NCBI GenBank assembly: GCA_951406725.2
Contig: OX597815.1
Span: 180,358,001 to 180,422,000, forward strand
Length of the DNA stretch: 64,000 bases
Direction: 5' to 3'
DNA from: Octopus vulgaris
Lineage: Eukaryota
Below the pieces are notes generated by a model. That model worked only from the letters and a program-made list of their open reading frames with translations, did no database searches and was not told where the DNA came from. The position numbers were made by a program, and so were the translations under genes. Of this stretch, positions 37,787-52,625 are shown piece after piece. The stretch's first letter is position 1. The number at the start of each line of letters is the position of its first letter.

Positions 37787-38768
37787 TAACAACAATAATC
37801 ATCATCATCGTTTAGCGTCCGCTTTCCATGCTAGCATGGGTTGGACGTTTCAACTGGGGTCTGGGAAGCCAGAAGGCTGCACCAGGCCCAGTCTGATCTG
37901 TCAATGTTTCTACGGCTGGATGCCCTTCCTAACGCCAACCACTCCGTGAGTGTAGTGGGTGCTTTTTACGTGCCAATAACAACAACCACAGATTCAAATT
38001 TTGGCACAAGGCCAGCAATTTTAGTGGGAGAGGAATTAGTTGATCACATTGACTCCCAGTATTTGACTAGTACTTTACCTTTTTCAACCCTGAAAGGGTG
38101 AAAGAGAAAGTTGGCCTTTGCAGGATTTCAGCTCAGAACCTAAGCCCATGATTAGAATGCTCTTGATCAGAGGATTCTAATAGTTGAGTCAGTCAGCCTG
38201 AAGGGAAACGTCATCACCGAGAGCACATGACTACAAATAGCTGGCTTTTATTGGAAAAGAGGCACTAAGGGACAGAACCAAATGAAATAATAACCACTTG
38301 CAGTCATTTTATCAGTTTCTGTTGCTGGACTGCTATGTTACGGTGACATAAACACATCTACACCTTGACAATCTCTGTTGTATGTATATTTATACACACA
38401 CACACACACATACCTTGTTTGTTGTTCTCTCGCCTGTCTCTGTCTTCTGTTTTTTTTTTTGTACACTCTCAGAGTGGTTGGCGTAAGGAAGGGCATCCAG
38501 CTGTAGAAACCTTGCCATATCAGATTGGAGCCTGGTGCAGCCTTCTGGCTTGCCGGTTCTCAGTGAAACCATCCAAACCATGCCGGCATGGAAAACAGAT
38601 GTTAAGTAATGATGATGATGATGTGGTAAGTAGCTTGCTAACCAGCTACATGGTTCCGGGTTCAGTCCCACTGCATGGCATCTTGGGCAAGTGTCTTCTG
38701 CTATAGCCTTGGGCCGACCAAAGCCTTGTGAGTGGATTTGGTAGACGGAAACAGAAAGAAGCCTGTCG

Positions 38769-38799
<31 letters not shown>

Positions 38800-41700
38800 A
38801 TATGTTTGTGTGTGTGTGTTTGTCCCTCTAGCATTGCTTGACAACCGATGCTGGTGTGTTTATGTCCCCGTCACTTAGCGGTTTGGCAAAAGTGACCGAT
38901 AGAATAAGTACTGGCCTTACAAAGAATAAGTCTCGGGCTCGATTTGCTCGACTAAAGGTGGTGCTCCAGCATGCCCGCAGTCAAATGACTGAAACAAGTA
39001 AAAGAGTATATCATCATCATCATCATCATCATCATCGTCGTTTAGCGTCCGTTTTCCATGCTAGCATATATATATATATATACACATTCACACACATACA
39101 TGTGTGTGTATCTGTATTTGACCCCCACCACTGCGTGACAACCAGTGTTGGTGTGTTTGCATCCCCATAACTTTAGCAGCTCAGCAAGAGACTAACAGAA
39201 TAAGTACCAGGCTTTACAAACAGAAAAACAGTATCAGGGTTGACTCATTTGACTACAAATTCTACAAGGTGGTGCTCCAGCATGGCCGCAGTCTAAATGA
39301 CTGAAACAAGTAAAAGATAAAAAATATTCTCTGCATTAGATTAGATTATTTGTTTATCTTTATTTATATTTTTTAGTTACTGGAACAGGTTATGTGAATT
39401 TCTGACACTTCTATTGGCAGTGAACATATAAGGCTCCTTGCCAACAATTAGCTTTGTTACGACATTCAATTGTTATTGGTAACATCTTCCAAACCGTGTC
39501 TAACATGATTCGAAAATAAGGATACTTAATGGGTTTATATGAAGTCTAAGCAGACAACAAAAAAATATTTCCATTGAGATTTCATAACCGTGACAATTTA
39601 AAGAGCATTTATATTTAAGAATCTATTACAAGGCAAATGTCATAGAGGAACAGAAGGTAAGCTTCTAAAAGCTGTGTCTGCAAATTGGTTTTGATTATTT
39701 CTTAGAAGTTACTTCAGTTTATGCCATGAACACATTAGGAATGGATTGAAGGTCAAAAAGTCAGAAATTCCTCTTTTTCCACCTTTATGTAGTTATAGAT
39801 GCCATCCATGTATCTGCTCTACAGCAATATACCTTAAATCTCTCAACTGGTGTAAGGGCACAGACCCCTCAATACAACTCCCCTCACCCCCAGTTGAAAG
39901 ACTTTTCTTTTTTTTTGTCTTACTAAGCACTTGGTGATTCTATTGGTGTCACATGAAAAGCACCCAGTACACCATGTAAAGTGGTTGGCATTAGGAAGGG
40001 CATCCAGCCATAGAAACCATAGAAAAACAGACAATGGAACCTGGTGTGGGTTTTGGCCTTGCAAGATCTGGTCAAATTGTCCAATGTGTTCCAGCATGGA
40101 AGACAGACATTAAACGATGATGACGACATTAAATGATGATAATGATGACAACAATGATGATGACAATGGTATGAGAGTTATCTTCTTTATATACGAACGA
40201 TATGTATATATGCATAGTGAATGATATGCATAGATAAGTGAGTTTGTTGTTTCCATTTTCTATGATATTTCTTCTAATAACAATGCTGTCAAGTGATATT
40301 TAAAGAATGAACACGAGTGCAAAGGCATGTGACTCTGCACAGCTCAGTCTGACATGAGGCTTTTCTTCTACTTAACATTTAAGAGGTAAGAAAGTATCCA
40401 ATTATACATTTAGAGCAATGGATTACATTGGATACAGGACAAGAATTCGTGATGGTATTTAGTTTGGTGAATAAAAACCAGGACCCAAGGAAACTGGTGG
40501 TAGTCATCATCATCATCACCGTTTAACATCCGCTTTCCATGCTAGCATGGGTTGGACGATTTTGACTGAGGGCTGGTGAACCAGAGGGCTGCACCAGGCT
40601 CCAATCTTGATCTGGCAGAGTTTCTACAGCTGGATGCCTTTCCTAACACCAACCACTCTGAGAGTGTAGTGGGTACTTTTTACGTGCCACCAGCACAGGA
40701 GCTAGTCAGGCGGTACTGGCAATGACCTTGCTCGAATCTTTATACCCATGCAACCGGCACAGGTGCCAGTAAGGCGATGTTTGTAATGATCACACTCGAA
40801 ATGGTGCTCTTTTATGTGCCACCGGCATGGAAGCTAGGTGGCTGCTCTGGCAACGATCACACTCGGATGGTGCTCTTGGCACCATACTAGCATGGGCACA
40901 AGTACCAGTAAGCTGACACTGGTAACGATCACATTCGAATGGTGCCTTTTATGTGCCACTGGCATGGAAGCCGGTTAGCCACTCTGTCAAGGATCACACT
41001 CATATGGTGCTCTTTGCACCCTGCTAGCACGGATGCCAGTCATCGAATTTGAATTTGATTTCACTTGCTTCAACAGGTCTTTGCAAGCAGTTTAGTGGTT
41101 AGAAATTATTTTGTAAGTTTTGGGAAAGTTTTGGGAAAGTTTGAAAGCTATGAAAAGATATGAACACTGATATTTCAGGCAAAACTGTTTCATTTAATGT
41201 TTGCCAAACTGAGTTCAAATTTTTCACCATACAGGTACAGGCATGGCTGTGTGGTAAGAAGCTTGTTTCTCAACCACATAGTTCTGGGTTCATTCCCACT
41301 GCGTAGCACATTGGGCAAGGGCCTTCATCCAACCAAAGCCTTGTGAGTGGTGGATTTGGTAGACAGAAAATGAAAGAAGCCTGCCTTTCTGTATGTCCCT
41401 CACCTCTTTCTTTACTACCCACCAGGGGCTAAACACAGAGGGGACAAACAAGGACAGACAAACGGATTAAGTCAATTATATCGACTCCAGTGTGTAACTG
41501 GTACTTATTTAATCGACCCCGAAAGGATGAAAGGCAAAGTCAACCTCGGCAGAATTTGAACTCAGAACGTAACGGCAGATGAAAAACCGCTAAGCATTTC
41601 GCCTGGCGCGCTAACCTTTCTGCCAGCTCGCCGCCTTATGTCCCTCACCATCGCATGACATCTGATGTTGATGTATTTATGTAACTGTAACCTAAAAGTT

Positions 41701-42659
41701 CAACAGAAGACTCCTACAATAAGTACCAGGCTTAAAAGGAAAAAATCAATTCATTTGGCTAAAAACTTTTTCAAGTTTGTGCCCCAGCATGGCCACAGCC
41801 TAACGACTGAAGCAAGTAAAAGGTAACAAATTAAAGATGTATTATTATGAAGTAGTTATTAGTAACGTAGAGCCACATCTAACATCACTATGATAACTTA
41901 GTGTAGTGGAGCCCCACCCAAGGGAGCATTTTTGTGTTTACACGACTTGTTAGAAATAACGACCAAATTTCCCTCAAATCACAAGGAAGGCTGTTTTCAC
42001 AGAGACAATATTTCACTCTGTCTGAGTGACAAACCAGTCGAACCAATTTTTTGCATTTTTTGCAAGGATGGTAAACCAGAGACCATTCTAAGATAATCTG
42101 CAGTTCCCTTTTCATTCATTCCTTGTTTTCCTACAACCACAGGTATTGCAACCACCTCGTGATGCCAGTAAGGAAAACCTTTATATATTCTGAGCTAGTC
42201 AAATTCTCTTGCCACAATATTTTGATCACAAGGGATACACATGTCGATCATTAAACAGATTTTACTATTTTGGTCTTTTACAACAATATCCGGTTAATTA
42301 ACTTTTAAGGTTCTATCTGCGTGTACTGCAAATTCCTAAAGAATCATTACATTTTTTCCCTCAGTTACAGCCTCAGTGAGATGTTTATGCCACTTGTCAG
42401 TTTTGACTTTATAATGCCGGTGGCACGTAAAAAGCACCAACCGATCATGGCCGTTGCCAATCTCACCTGGCACATAAAAAGCACCCACTACACTCACTGA
42501 GTGGTTGGCGTTAGGAAGGGCATCCAGCTGTAGAAACACTGCCAGATCAGACTGGAGCCTGGTGCAGCCTCCTGGCTTCCCAGACCCTGGTCGAACCGTC
42601 CAACCCATGCTAGCATGGAAAACGGACGTTAAACGATGATGATGATGATGACATATTAA

Positions 42660-43325
42660 GCCGTGTAGATATTGGTCAATTCTGTTACATGCCTTGATTT
42701 ATGCTCTTCCAGTGTTAGACTGAAGATTAAGTGGTCCAGTGTTTCAGTTTCAGTCACTTCATTGCAGAAGCAGCACTTTGGATTTACTCTGTTTTTTTTT
42801 TATCACTTTGGCTTGGTAGCTCCTGGTCAATAAGCTTTGATCTTGATCAGCTAAGATAAACTCTTCGTTCTCTGTCCTCAGTTCCATAGCCATTGATGGG
42901 TGTGCTTCTGGTCAACATCAGCTTGTTTGCTATGGACCACACATTTGCTGTGCAGAGGTTTCTATTCCCACCTTCCAGCCAATTGTTCATGCGTTTTTTT
43001 CTTTTTTTTGTTGCCATTAATTTCACTTTCTTTGCAACAACAGTTACTGCCAGACTTCTTGTAGGCTGTTCAGCACTTGAGTATCATGCATGAAACCAGT
43101 AGTAGACTTTTTGCTCTCCTTCAAAACAGAATGAAAGTTCTTATGCCTCTCATGATTTTCAACAAGTTTAAGCATCCAGTTTTTAGTTGTTTCAAGATAT
43201 TTGGCCAGTCCAGTTGTGGTGATTCTGTAAGAAAGTTCAAACTGGATCAAGCTTCAATCTCTCTGGGAAGGTAAAGGTGATACATGATTGCCTTTGGGTG
43301 GTGCATCTTATTACATGTTATTAGT
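42660..43325 (-). mobile_element. R4/Dong-like non-LTR retrotransposon fragment
   Basis: Translation includes MHHPKA..LYLPR, IQFELSYRITTTGLAKYL...WMLKLV, and DQSLLTRSYQAKVIK..PKCCFC..ETLDHL (CCHC knuckle region). A further C-terminal piece (WQLKTKIIPLVVVVGTLG) lies at ~44880-45040. Confidence 0.7.
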
Positions 43326-44512
43326 AATAAGACGGTGGACTAATAAAAATTATTAGAGCATCAGACAAGATGCTTTGTGATATTTAGTTGTAACCTTTTA
43401 TATTTTAAGTTCAAATTTGCTTTTTTGCATCGTTCAGTGATAAATCAAAATACCTGTCAAGAATCGGAGTCACGGCTGTATCCTTCACCAGTTTTGCATA
43501 ACCAGCCCCAGCCCATTCAAAAATACCTTGGATCGTAGGGTGACATGCTGTGCTTGAGGAGACCTATTGAGTCAAGTACATCAAAATCAAATGGAAATTG
43601 TTGTTGTGATACCCATACTGGTAGCACGTAAAAAGCACCATCTGAATGTGGTCGATGCCAGTGCTGCCTTGACTGGCTTCCATGTCGATGGCATGTAAAA
43701 TGCACCAACTGATTGTGGTCGTTGCCAGCCTCCTCTGGCCCCTGTGCCAGTGACACGTAAAAAGCACCCACTACACTCTCAGAGTGGTCGGCATTTGGAA
43801 GGGCATCCAGCTGTAGAAATATGGCCAGATCAGACTGGAGTCTGGTGCAGCCTCCTAGCTTCCCAGACCCCAGTTGAACTGTCCAACCCGCACCAGCATG
43901 GAAAGTGGATGTTAAACGACGACGATGATGATAACTATTCCCAGCCTCCTAATTTGAAGCATTCTACCTGTTATTATTGTTGCAAATAGTTTTGGCATTG
44001 ACTTGTAAAGTAAGAACGAACATTAATCTTTTCAAATATTCTTATCTACTTTTATGCTTCATTCTCTGGAATGCTTTATTCTAATGAAGAAATGAAATTT
44101 CCCAAACAAACTGTCTGAAAATTATAGAGAAGATAAATGCTAGATTTAAAAATTGAATTATTAAAAGTAGACACAGAAAAACAACAGAGTATTTCATAAT
44201 TATTTCATGAAGAGAAGAGAGAGAAAAGTGAACATAATTTCCAGCGAGGCTTCTCTCTTGAATAAAGAACATGAGTAAGTCAATGAGTGTGCATTACATG
44301 GAAGATTCTAACCAAGAAATACAATCTATTATTTGGTATGACAATGGTGATTCATTTGGTTTCTTGGAAGACAACAGTCACACAAATTCAACAAAGCAGC
44401 ATGTAGAAAAGCAACCCCAACATACACTTCACTACACACAGATTTGGCTGGGATTAAAGCATTTTCCTTCATATTTCCTACATTATTATTATTATTATTG
44501 TTATTATTATTA

Positions 44513-44859
44513 TCTCTGCCTTAGCAAAGGCAGAGGTATGTTTTCAGTTGTGTGTGTTTGTTTGTCCATGGACAAGATATCTCAAGAACCACTGGATGGA
44601 TTCAGATGAAACTTTCATGACGGGCACAAACTGATTAGAGTTTGGGATCAATCGGGTACCAGACAAGGATTCTGGATTATTTTACCTTTGTTTTTTCCTT
44701 AATTTTTGAGTATGGTCAGGTTCATTTTTAGTATTCTTGTTTGTGAAAGCAGTCAAGTTTATTTCAGATAGTCTCATTTTAATAATCCTCTCTGCCTGAT
44801 CATTGAGAGGACATTGGTGTTGCCTTGGTGGAGGTTTGCACTCTCTGAGTGCTCTTGTT
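44513..44859 (-). mobile_element. Non-autonomous Helentron/DINE-1-like element (second copy)
   Basis: Reverse complement of 5755-6120, embedded in (ATT)n. Confidence 0.6.
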
Positions 44860-46449
44860 ATTATTATTATTCTTTAGACTCAATGTAGATTGTTGGTTTC
44901 CCTTGGATCTCATAAAAAAAACATTTGTCAGTATCTTGCTTCATCATTCCCAGGGTACCCACAACAACAACAAGAGGGATAATTTTGGTTTTTAATTGCC
45001 ATGTCATAGATATCACAATGTCAAGGTCCTTGTGTTTCAATCATCATCATCATCATCATTGTTTAATGTCTGCTTTCCATGCTGGCATGGGTTGGATGGT
45101 TTGACTGAGGACTGGCAAGTCAGAAGGCTGCACCAGGCTCCAGTCTGATCTGGCAAAGTTTCTACAGCTGGATGCCCTTCCTAACACTAACCACTCCAAG
45201 AGTGTAGTAGGTGCTTTTACATGCCACTAGCATGAGGGCCAGTCAGGCGGTTCTGGCAATGACCACGCTCAAATGGTGTTTTTTATGTGCCAGTTAGGCG
45301 ACGCTGGCAATGATCATGCTCGAATGCTGCTTTTTACATGCTACCTGCACAGGACCCAATCAGCCGCCCTGGCAATGATCACACTCGGATGGTGCTTTTA
45401 ACATTACACAGGCATGGGTGCCAGTCAGGCAGTACTGTCATTGGCCACATCAGCGATTTTGATTTGACTTGCCTCAACAGGTCTTTGCAAGCAAAGTTTA
45501 TTGTTCAATGAATGAGGCGTACTCATAAGTGGGCTAGTTACACCCACTGGCATAGGCCATGGGTTATGGTCTCACTTGGCTCGTTGGGTCTTCTCAAGCA
45601 CAGCATGTCTCCAAAGGTCTCAGTCGGTAGTCATTGCCTCGGTATGACCCAATGTTTGTTATCTTTTAATCTGGTGAAATAATTATAATATGCTAAGCAA
45701 TAGCGAAAGAATGAAGAGGTCATGTGACAGACTACTTGTCTATGGATTATGAATATGTGGCAGGGATTCAACCATTCAGCATCAAGCCATCATGTGATCC
45801 AGTCTTCTTGAATCTTCTCCTCCTTATGTCCTATAAAAGGTCACTTTTGGCAGTGATTAATTGCAGAATGTTGAGGCAGCAGTGGATAATGTGTCTCCAT
45901 TCTTGCCACATCAGACGGTCATGAATAGAGGCACATTATCAGCCAAGATAGATGACAGGGACCTCCATCCCCATAAATATAGCATAATTGTTTTCAGCTA
46001 TGTTGGGCAAGCCGTATGTTGCTGTATCAATAGCTTGTCGTAAACTCCAAACAGTATTTCTCTCCCAATCTGGAATTGTTGCTGTTGTTATCTGTAAAAG
46101 ACCCGCACAGTATCACTTTATCATCATCATCATTGTTTAGCGTCCGCTTTCCATGCTAGCATGGGTTGAACAGTTTGACTTAGGGCTGGTGAACCAGATG
46201 GCTGCACCAGGCTCCAGTCTTGATCTGGCATGGTTTCTACAGCTGGATGCCTTTCCTAATGCCAACCACTCCGAAAGTGTAGTGGGTGCTTTTACGTGCC
46301 ACTGGCATGGGGGCCAGTCAGGTGGTACTGGCAACGACCTTGCTCGAATCTTTTTACACATGCCAACGGCACAGGTGCTAGTAAGGCGACGTTGGTAAGG
46401 ATCCCACTCGAATGGTGCCTCTTACATGCCACCAGCACGGAAGCCATGT

Positions 46450-46990
46450 GAAATGTTGACAGTTGTTGCTCATTTAATTCTTTATGCAGCCCATGAAATA
46501 TATTTTCATTCATCAACTCAACCAGTTATCTCCACGGATCAGCCAACAACAACACTCAACTAATATCCCAAGCGACCAATACGTGTTTTGTCGATACCAG
46601 CTGATAATCGGTGCGACACCAGTGCAGAATCACCTTCCTCCGACAAGTCATCCTAGCGAGATGTCTGCGTTAGCTGGGTCATGCCCTCCGTCGTCAACCA
46701 GGAGAATTCATCTACGAAGCAATTGCCCCAGCTCCCCTTCAGGGTTGGCAAAAGCGATGTGGTGGACAACGAAAAACCTGGCTAATGACAGTCAAGGCTG
46801 ACCTGGAACCCAGCCTAGGCCCCCATGTCTACGGCATTCGCCGCTGGAATAAGGAGTGGTTGGAGATCACGTGGTCATTAGCCTCAAATTGCCAGGCCTG
46901 GTCGGCATTTGTGAGAGATGCAGCATTGAGGATGAATGAAGCCAGCTCAACCCACCCTGGGTGAATGTTGTCTCAAGTCAAGTCAAGTCA
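46450..46990 (+). mobile_element. 3' end of a distinct RTE LINE family with a (TCAAG)n tail
   Basis: RRCLR*LGHALRR...GGQRKTWLMTVKADLEPSLGPHVYGIRRWNKEWLEI...QAWSAFVRDA...STHPG*, then TCAAGTCAAGTCAAGTCA. Confidence 0.82.
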
Positions 46991-49777
46991 GCTGATAATC
47001 CTTCAGTTAAAACCTAACTCTTCCACTGCAACTACAGTGGCTTTGACTTCTCAGAACTAATAAGCCAGTTGTTACCCATGTAACCCAAGGCTACTCTTTC
47101 TCTTGTCATCTGTATTGTCGCTCACATCATATAAATAAACTGAACTTCAACCACATTTATATAACCCCTCTAGGAATGCATGAAAGGGCCTTCGATGCTG
47201 CCTCTCTTCCTCTCACAAAACATGGAAGCAAGCACTGAGTGTATAGCGAAAGGAAAACCGTTTCACCAGGAATTGATAATAGATCAGACGCTAGTCTTTT
47301 AACTCCATGGCAACTCATTGGTTAAATAGTCAATAGAATAAACAGAAATATTAACTTATTTCCAATTTCGTATTTCCACAATTCTAGACATGCAAAAGTC
47401 TGTTTCCTTTTGTTTTTTGTCTGTCTCAATAATGCAATGATCATTACATCAGCCTAATAATACTCTTAAAATAAATATTTCTATATGGTAAAAAAAAAAA
47501 AAAAAATTATTATTATTATTATTGGGTTCAATATACAATGTTAAAAGCAAATATTTATTGTTATAACTAAAGTGAAGTAAATCGAGATTTGTAGACTTGC
47601 TTTTAAAGAATCGTATAAATATAAAAAAGATTGTTATAAATTGTAAAAAATTGTTATTATGAGATCATTGTCATCAACCCTGCCACCACCATCCTCCTTC
47701 ACTTCGTCATCTTCTTCATCATCATCATCATCGTCATTAGTTAGAGAGTGGGCTAAATAAAAAAAATTTTGGATAAATGCTTTCTATTTGTTATCAGCAT
47801 ATATAAATACGAATGTACGCCTGTCTCATAGCGTAAGTAAACAAAACTGTTCTATTGTAATTATAGGAAATGATTTTAAAGATAACACTAAAATTATCAA
47901 TTCAAGGGAAAAATAAAACGTAAACTTTGTTATGAGGAGAAGCAAAAAAAAAAAAAAATGTTTAAGTAAACATTAGAATAAAATACATAAAAGTAGCGAT
48001 AATGTATGTTGCATCTTGGATAAGATAGATCTCTCTAATTGGTTTGGTAAAACATTTACCACACTCATTTCATGGATGGGTTGTTTCTAATAATAAGGCA
48101 AATTTAATCACCGAAACACTTTGTTGTACCTTACTTTAACTCTAAGTGGCTCAACTCGTAAACACTAATTTCTTCAGAGCAAAATGTGCTAGCATATCGA
48201 AAGTTTGTTTCAAATTCATAGCTTTTCCGATCATCACCATCATCATACGTTTGTTTTCCATGCTGGCATGGGTTGGACAGTTTGACTGGGGACTGGCAAG
48301 CCAGGAGGCTGCACCAGGCTCCAGTCTGATCTGGCAATGTTTCTACAGCTGGATGCCCTTCCTAATGCCAACCACTCCGAGAGTGTAGTGGGTGCTTTTT
48401 ACATGCCACCGGTACAGGAGCCAGTCAGATGGCACTGGCATCGGCCACATTCGGATGGTGCTTTGCTGGCATTGACCACGTTCTGATGGTGCTTTTTATG
48501 TTCCACTGACATGGGGAGCCAGTGACCCATGCATGAATGGTGCTTATTGCATGCCACCAGCTCTGGTTATATGTATATACACACGTACATGATAAGCTTT
48601 TTTCAGTTTCCATCTATCAAATCTATTCACAAGGCTTTGGTCTACCCAAGATTATAGTAGAAGACACTTGCCCAAGGTGTCACAAAGTGGGACTGAACCT
48701 GGAACCATGTGGTTGGGGAGTAAGCTCCATGTCACACAGCCACACTTTTACCTATGTGTGGAGGATGGTTTTTAGGGGACTTCAAGAGAACATTGCAGTT
48801 CTTGCAGACATGTAAACTCATAAAGTACCTCAATTAAGCCCTTAAAGAAACTTCTAAGTAGTCAATTAACTTGCTAGAAATAACAGGAAAATGACCCTCG
48901 GCTTACACTCTACCATATTGAAAACAGATAACATAGTATGAGGTATGCTGTGCTCAGGCAGATAAGGTGTTCATGGTAGGAATGTCTTTTGTCATGAAGT
49001 AGACTCCATTAGGGTTTATCTGGAGCAAAACGACAAAGCATGTCAAGTGAGTTTAGTCAGAAGAAAGAAAACAGCTGCTGTCGCATGATGTACTGATACC
49101 ATGGATAGAGGCAAAGGTCAGAACATAAGAACCAACTGAATGTATTTGGTGAGGATTTACCAGCGAAGTTGCCAGTGGAGTTGCATGAGCATGCAGGTGC
49201 ACAGATGCAGTGGCAGGGGTCCAAAAACAGCAGAAATATGGAGACTTAGGGAGACAGCAGGAGGAGGAATTATAGTGAGATGTGGGACACCCCAACTTGA
49301 AGGATTGCAGAGTTGAAGGACATTGTGAGAGACTAAACCCACTGAGGCCAGAGGTGGATGTTGAGCCTTGCGCCTTGGTGTAGAATTGTGTGGATGAAGT
49401 GGTAAGTCATAATTTAATTAGAAACTGTGAAAACTGAAAAACATTTGGTTGAACTGTTTGGTTTTAAAAAGGAAAAGAAAATAAGTAAATCCTATATGAA
49501 CCTTTGTTTAAAAGGTTTATAATTGTAGGGTAAAAGGGAAGGGGTGGTTTTGCCTCAGGGTGAGGCTAGAAATTATTACGTAAAATGTAAAGGTTTAAAG
49601 AAAAAGGAATCCATGGTTTCATCTTGCAGCAGGAGTGAGATGGCCGTCTCATTTGCATTGTAATTTTATTCATTTGACATTCATACTTTCATGTATTTTT
49701 GTTCCCGCATGTCTTTGTATGTCCCCTCCGTAATTAGGCCTTGTGTAATAAAGAATTTAGCTAGCAAGCCATGCTAC

Positions 49778-49820
49778 TCCAGACTGATGATGAGCAATGA
49801 CTCTGAAACTAGTCTCTGGA
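49778..49820 (+). ncRNA. Minimal type I hammerhead ribozyme motif
   Basis: UCCAGA-CUGAUGA-U-GAG caauga CUC-U-GAAA-CUAG-UC-UCUGGA. It has a perfect 6-bp stem I, an intact core, palindromic ACUAGU stem III, and predicted cleavage 3' of GUC (49814). Confidence 0.75.
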
Positions 49821-52625
49821 TGCTGGCTTAGCTGGGTGGAGGTGCTTATCTCCTCCTTTGAAAACATAAGGACACAGGAAATGTGTCAAGTCCAACAGGA
49901 AACGGTGTTTCCTAGGGCTAAATAGCAGTGGCATTTTTTCCTTTCATGGGACAGTCACATTAAAGTTGACAACATACCATCACTTTAAAGATTCTTAGTT
50001 TAGATTCCAGTCTAGTGTTATGTGCAGATTCAAGAATGAAATACCTAATAGCAATCAGAAATCAAACTGAAAATATTGATCACTGACACTGGTACGATTT
50101 GGGGAGGAGTTACAGTGACCAGGACTTATTTTATCAACCGCAAATGAATGAAAGGTGCATATTACTTTTGTAAGATTTGAACTTAATGTAGAGGGCAGTA
50201 AGTATATACTGCCAGTCTGTTACACTAATGATTTTGGCAGTCCACTGCCATTAAAAGGAAAAGAATGTTTAACCTCTAACTATAAGGTTTAATAACATGA
50301 ATAATTTTTGCGTATTTCTTAACTTTTCTAGAATTTTCAGTTAAGAAGATGAAATTACGTTGGTACCAGAATAATCATTGGAAATATATTAAGGTAAAAA
50401 AAAACCCATTTTTATGTATTAAAATAAATGTTATACATACATTAACTCTTTCAAAGTTCACCATCAATAGAATCCTGGAATTCATTATAATGAAATCCAC
50501 AGCTCAATACATGATAAATGCCTCGAGTTCCAATTGAATATATTCTTCAGTTATGAAAGATTCAGCCATGAAGGTTATACAAACGCTGTCATTTTATGAT
50601 TTCTGAATTTAGTTATGCGACAAAATTTGTTGTAATCCTTAATAATAATAGTTTATATTGAATTCTCAACTACAAGCATCATCATCATCATTTAATGTCC
50701 GTTTTCCGTGCTGGCATGGGTTGAATGGTTTGATAGGGAACTACACCACGTTCCATTGTCTGCTTTGGCACGGACAATGGAACAGTTTCCATAAATATGT
50801 ATTAACCTTAGCATTGACCTTTTAACCTGAAAATATGGCACTTTTATTCCAGTCACTGTGTCAGCTGAAGCAGTGGATAATAAAATGCTCTGTCCAGAAA
50901 TGAGATAAAGATGTCAGATTTGAAGCGGCTACCAATAATAAACTAGTAGCTGCATCCCTTAGCTATTGCACTTCAACTCTAATCATATGCATAATCAATA
51001 GAGTCGCATAATCTTCTGAAGCTTTCAGTTCCTTGCAAACTGTTGCTTTTCACAGAGTGATTCATGGAAGTATATCTGTAGTTTCCAACTCATCATCATC
51101 ATCGTCATTGTTTAACGTCCGCTTTCCATGCTAGCATGGGTTGGATGATTTGACTGAGGTCTGGCGAACCAGATGGCTGCACCAGGCTCCAATCTTGATC
51201 TGGCAGAGTTTCTACAGCTGGATGCCCTTCCTAACACCAACCACTCTGAGAGTGTAGTGGGTGCTTTTATGTGCCACTAAAGGCACAGAGGCCAGATAGC
51301 TGCTCTGGCAATGATCACGCTCAGATGGTGCTCTTAACACCCTACTAGCAAGGGGTGCCAGTAAGGCAACGCTGGTAATGATCATACTCGAATGGTGCCA
51401 TTTAAGTGCCACTGGTACGGAAGCTGGTTAGCCGCTCTGTCAATGATCACAGACATCTGCAAAACCATGAGAAGGGAGCTCAGCACTGTAACGTAATGAA
51501 ACACTTGTCGATTATGTTACTGTGTAAAGCAGCAAGCTCATAGATTCATTAGCATGCCAGACACAATGTTTAGTGACATTTTGTCCGTTTTTATGTTCTG
51601 AGTTCAAATTTCACCCATGGGTCTGTTTTGGGTAGTCATTGCTGGTGAGGGTTTTACGAGGTCAGAGTGAAAATCCTACATTAACCCCTTTCAGTCAGCT
51701 TTTAAGGATGATAAAATATATACTAAGCAAGAAGAGGAATTGGTATCATCAACTGTCCCCTCATCCAGAATATGGAGCCTTATTCCCAGGTTATAAATCC
51801 TGATTATTATTATTAAGGCAGCAAGATGGCAGAACCATTAGCACACTGGACAAAATGCTCAACAGCATTTCTTTCTGCTTTACGATCTGAGTTCAAATTC
51901 CACCAAGTCTGACTTTGTCTTTTATCCTTTTGGGGGTTCATAAAATAAGTACCAATTGTGCACTGGGGGCAATATAATTGACAAACCCCTTCCCACAAAA
52001 TTTCAGGCCTTGTGCCTAGAGTAGATAATGAATTATACGACAATGTGATGTCGGCAATTGAGAACTGTCATATCTTTAATTAGGTGAGCTTGGACATTGC
52101 AAGGTAAGTGTTTTCTTTCTTTATCAATGATTGAATATAAAATTGTCAATTTTAGCTGATGGCACAACATCTTGCCATAAGAAGGTATCATCTCCAATGT
52201 CAAGGCTCAAAACAAGCCAAATCCCCCTCAGTTTAGTTCCCACCTTCTTAAGAAAAAGTACAGTGGATAATGCAATGAAGCCCTAGACACATTATGTTTG
52301 AAGAAGATGGGATGGTTATAAGTGGACCAACTTTGATCATGGCTGCTCAATCAGAGATAACCTGGGGTTGAACAATATGCTGCCAAGTTTGCTAATCCTG
52401 ATCTTCTTTATACATCATCATCATTTAACATTTATTTCCCATGCTGGTACGAGTTGACGACATGATTTCAGGATTAAAATTGTAAACAAGGAATAAGAAT
52501 TCAGATTGAAAGAGAGCTTTCTTCAGTTTGAAACTGAAAATGGGTGAAGCAGATATTTTCTTAAACAAGAATTGTTGTTGGTGACATGAATTGGAAATTT
52601 GTTATTTACTGAAACCTAATAGCCA

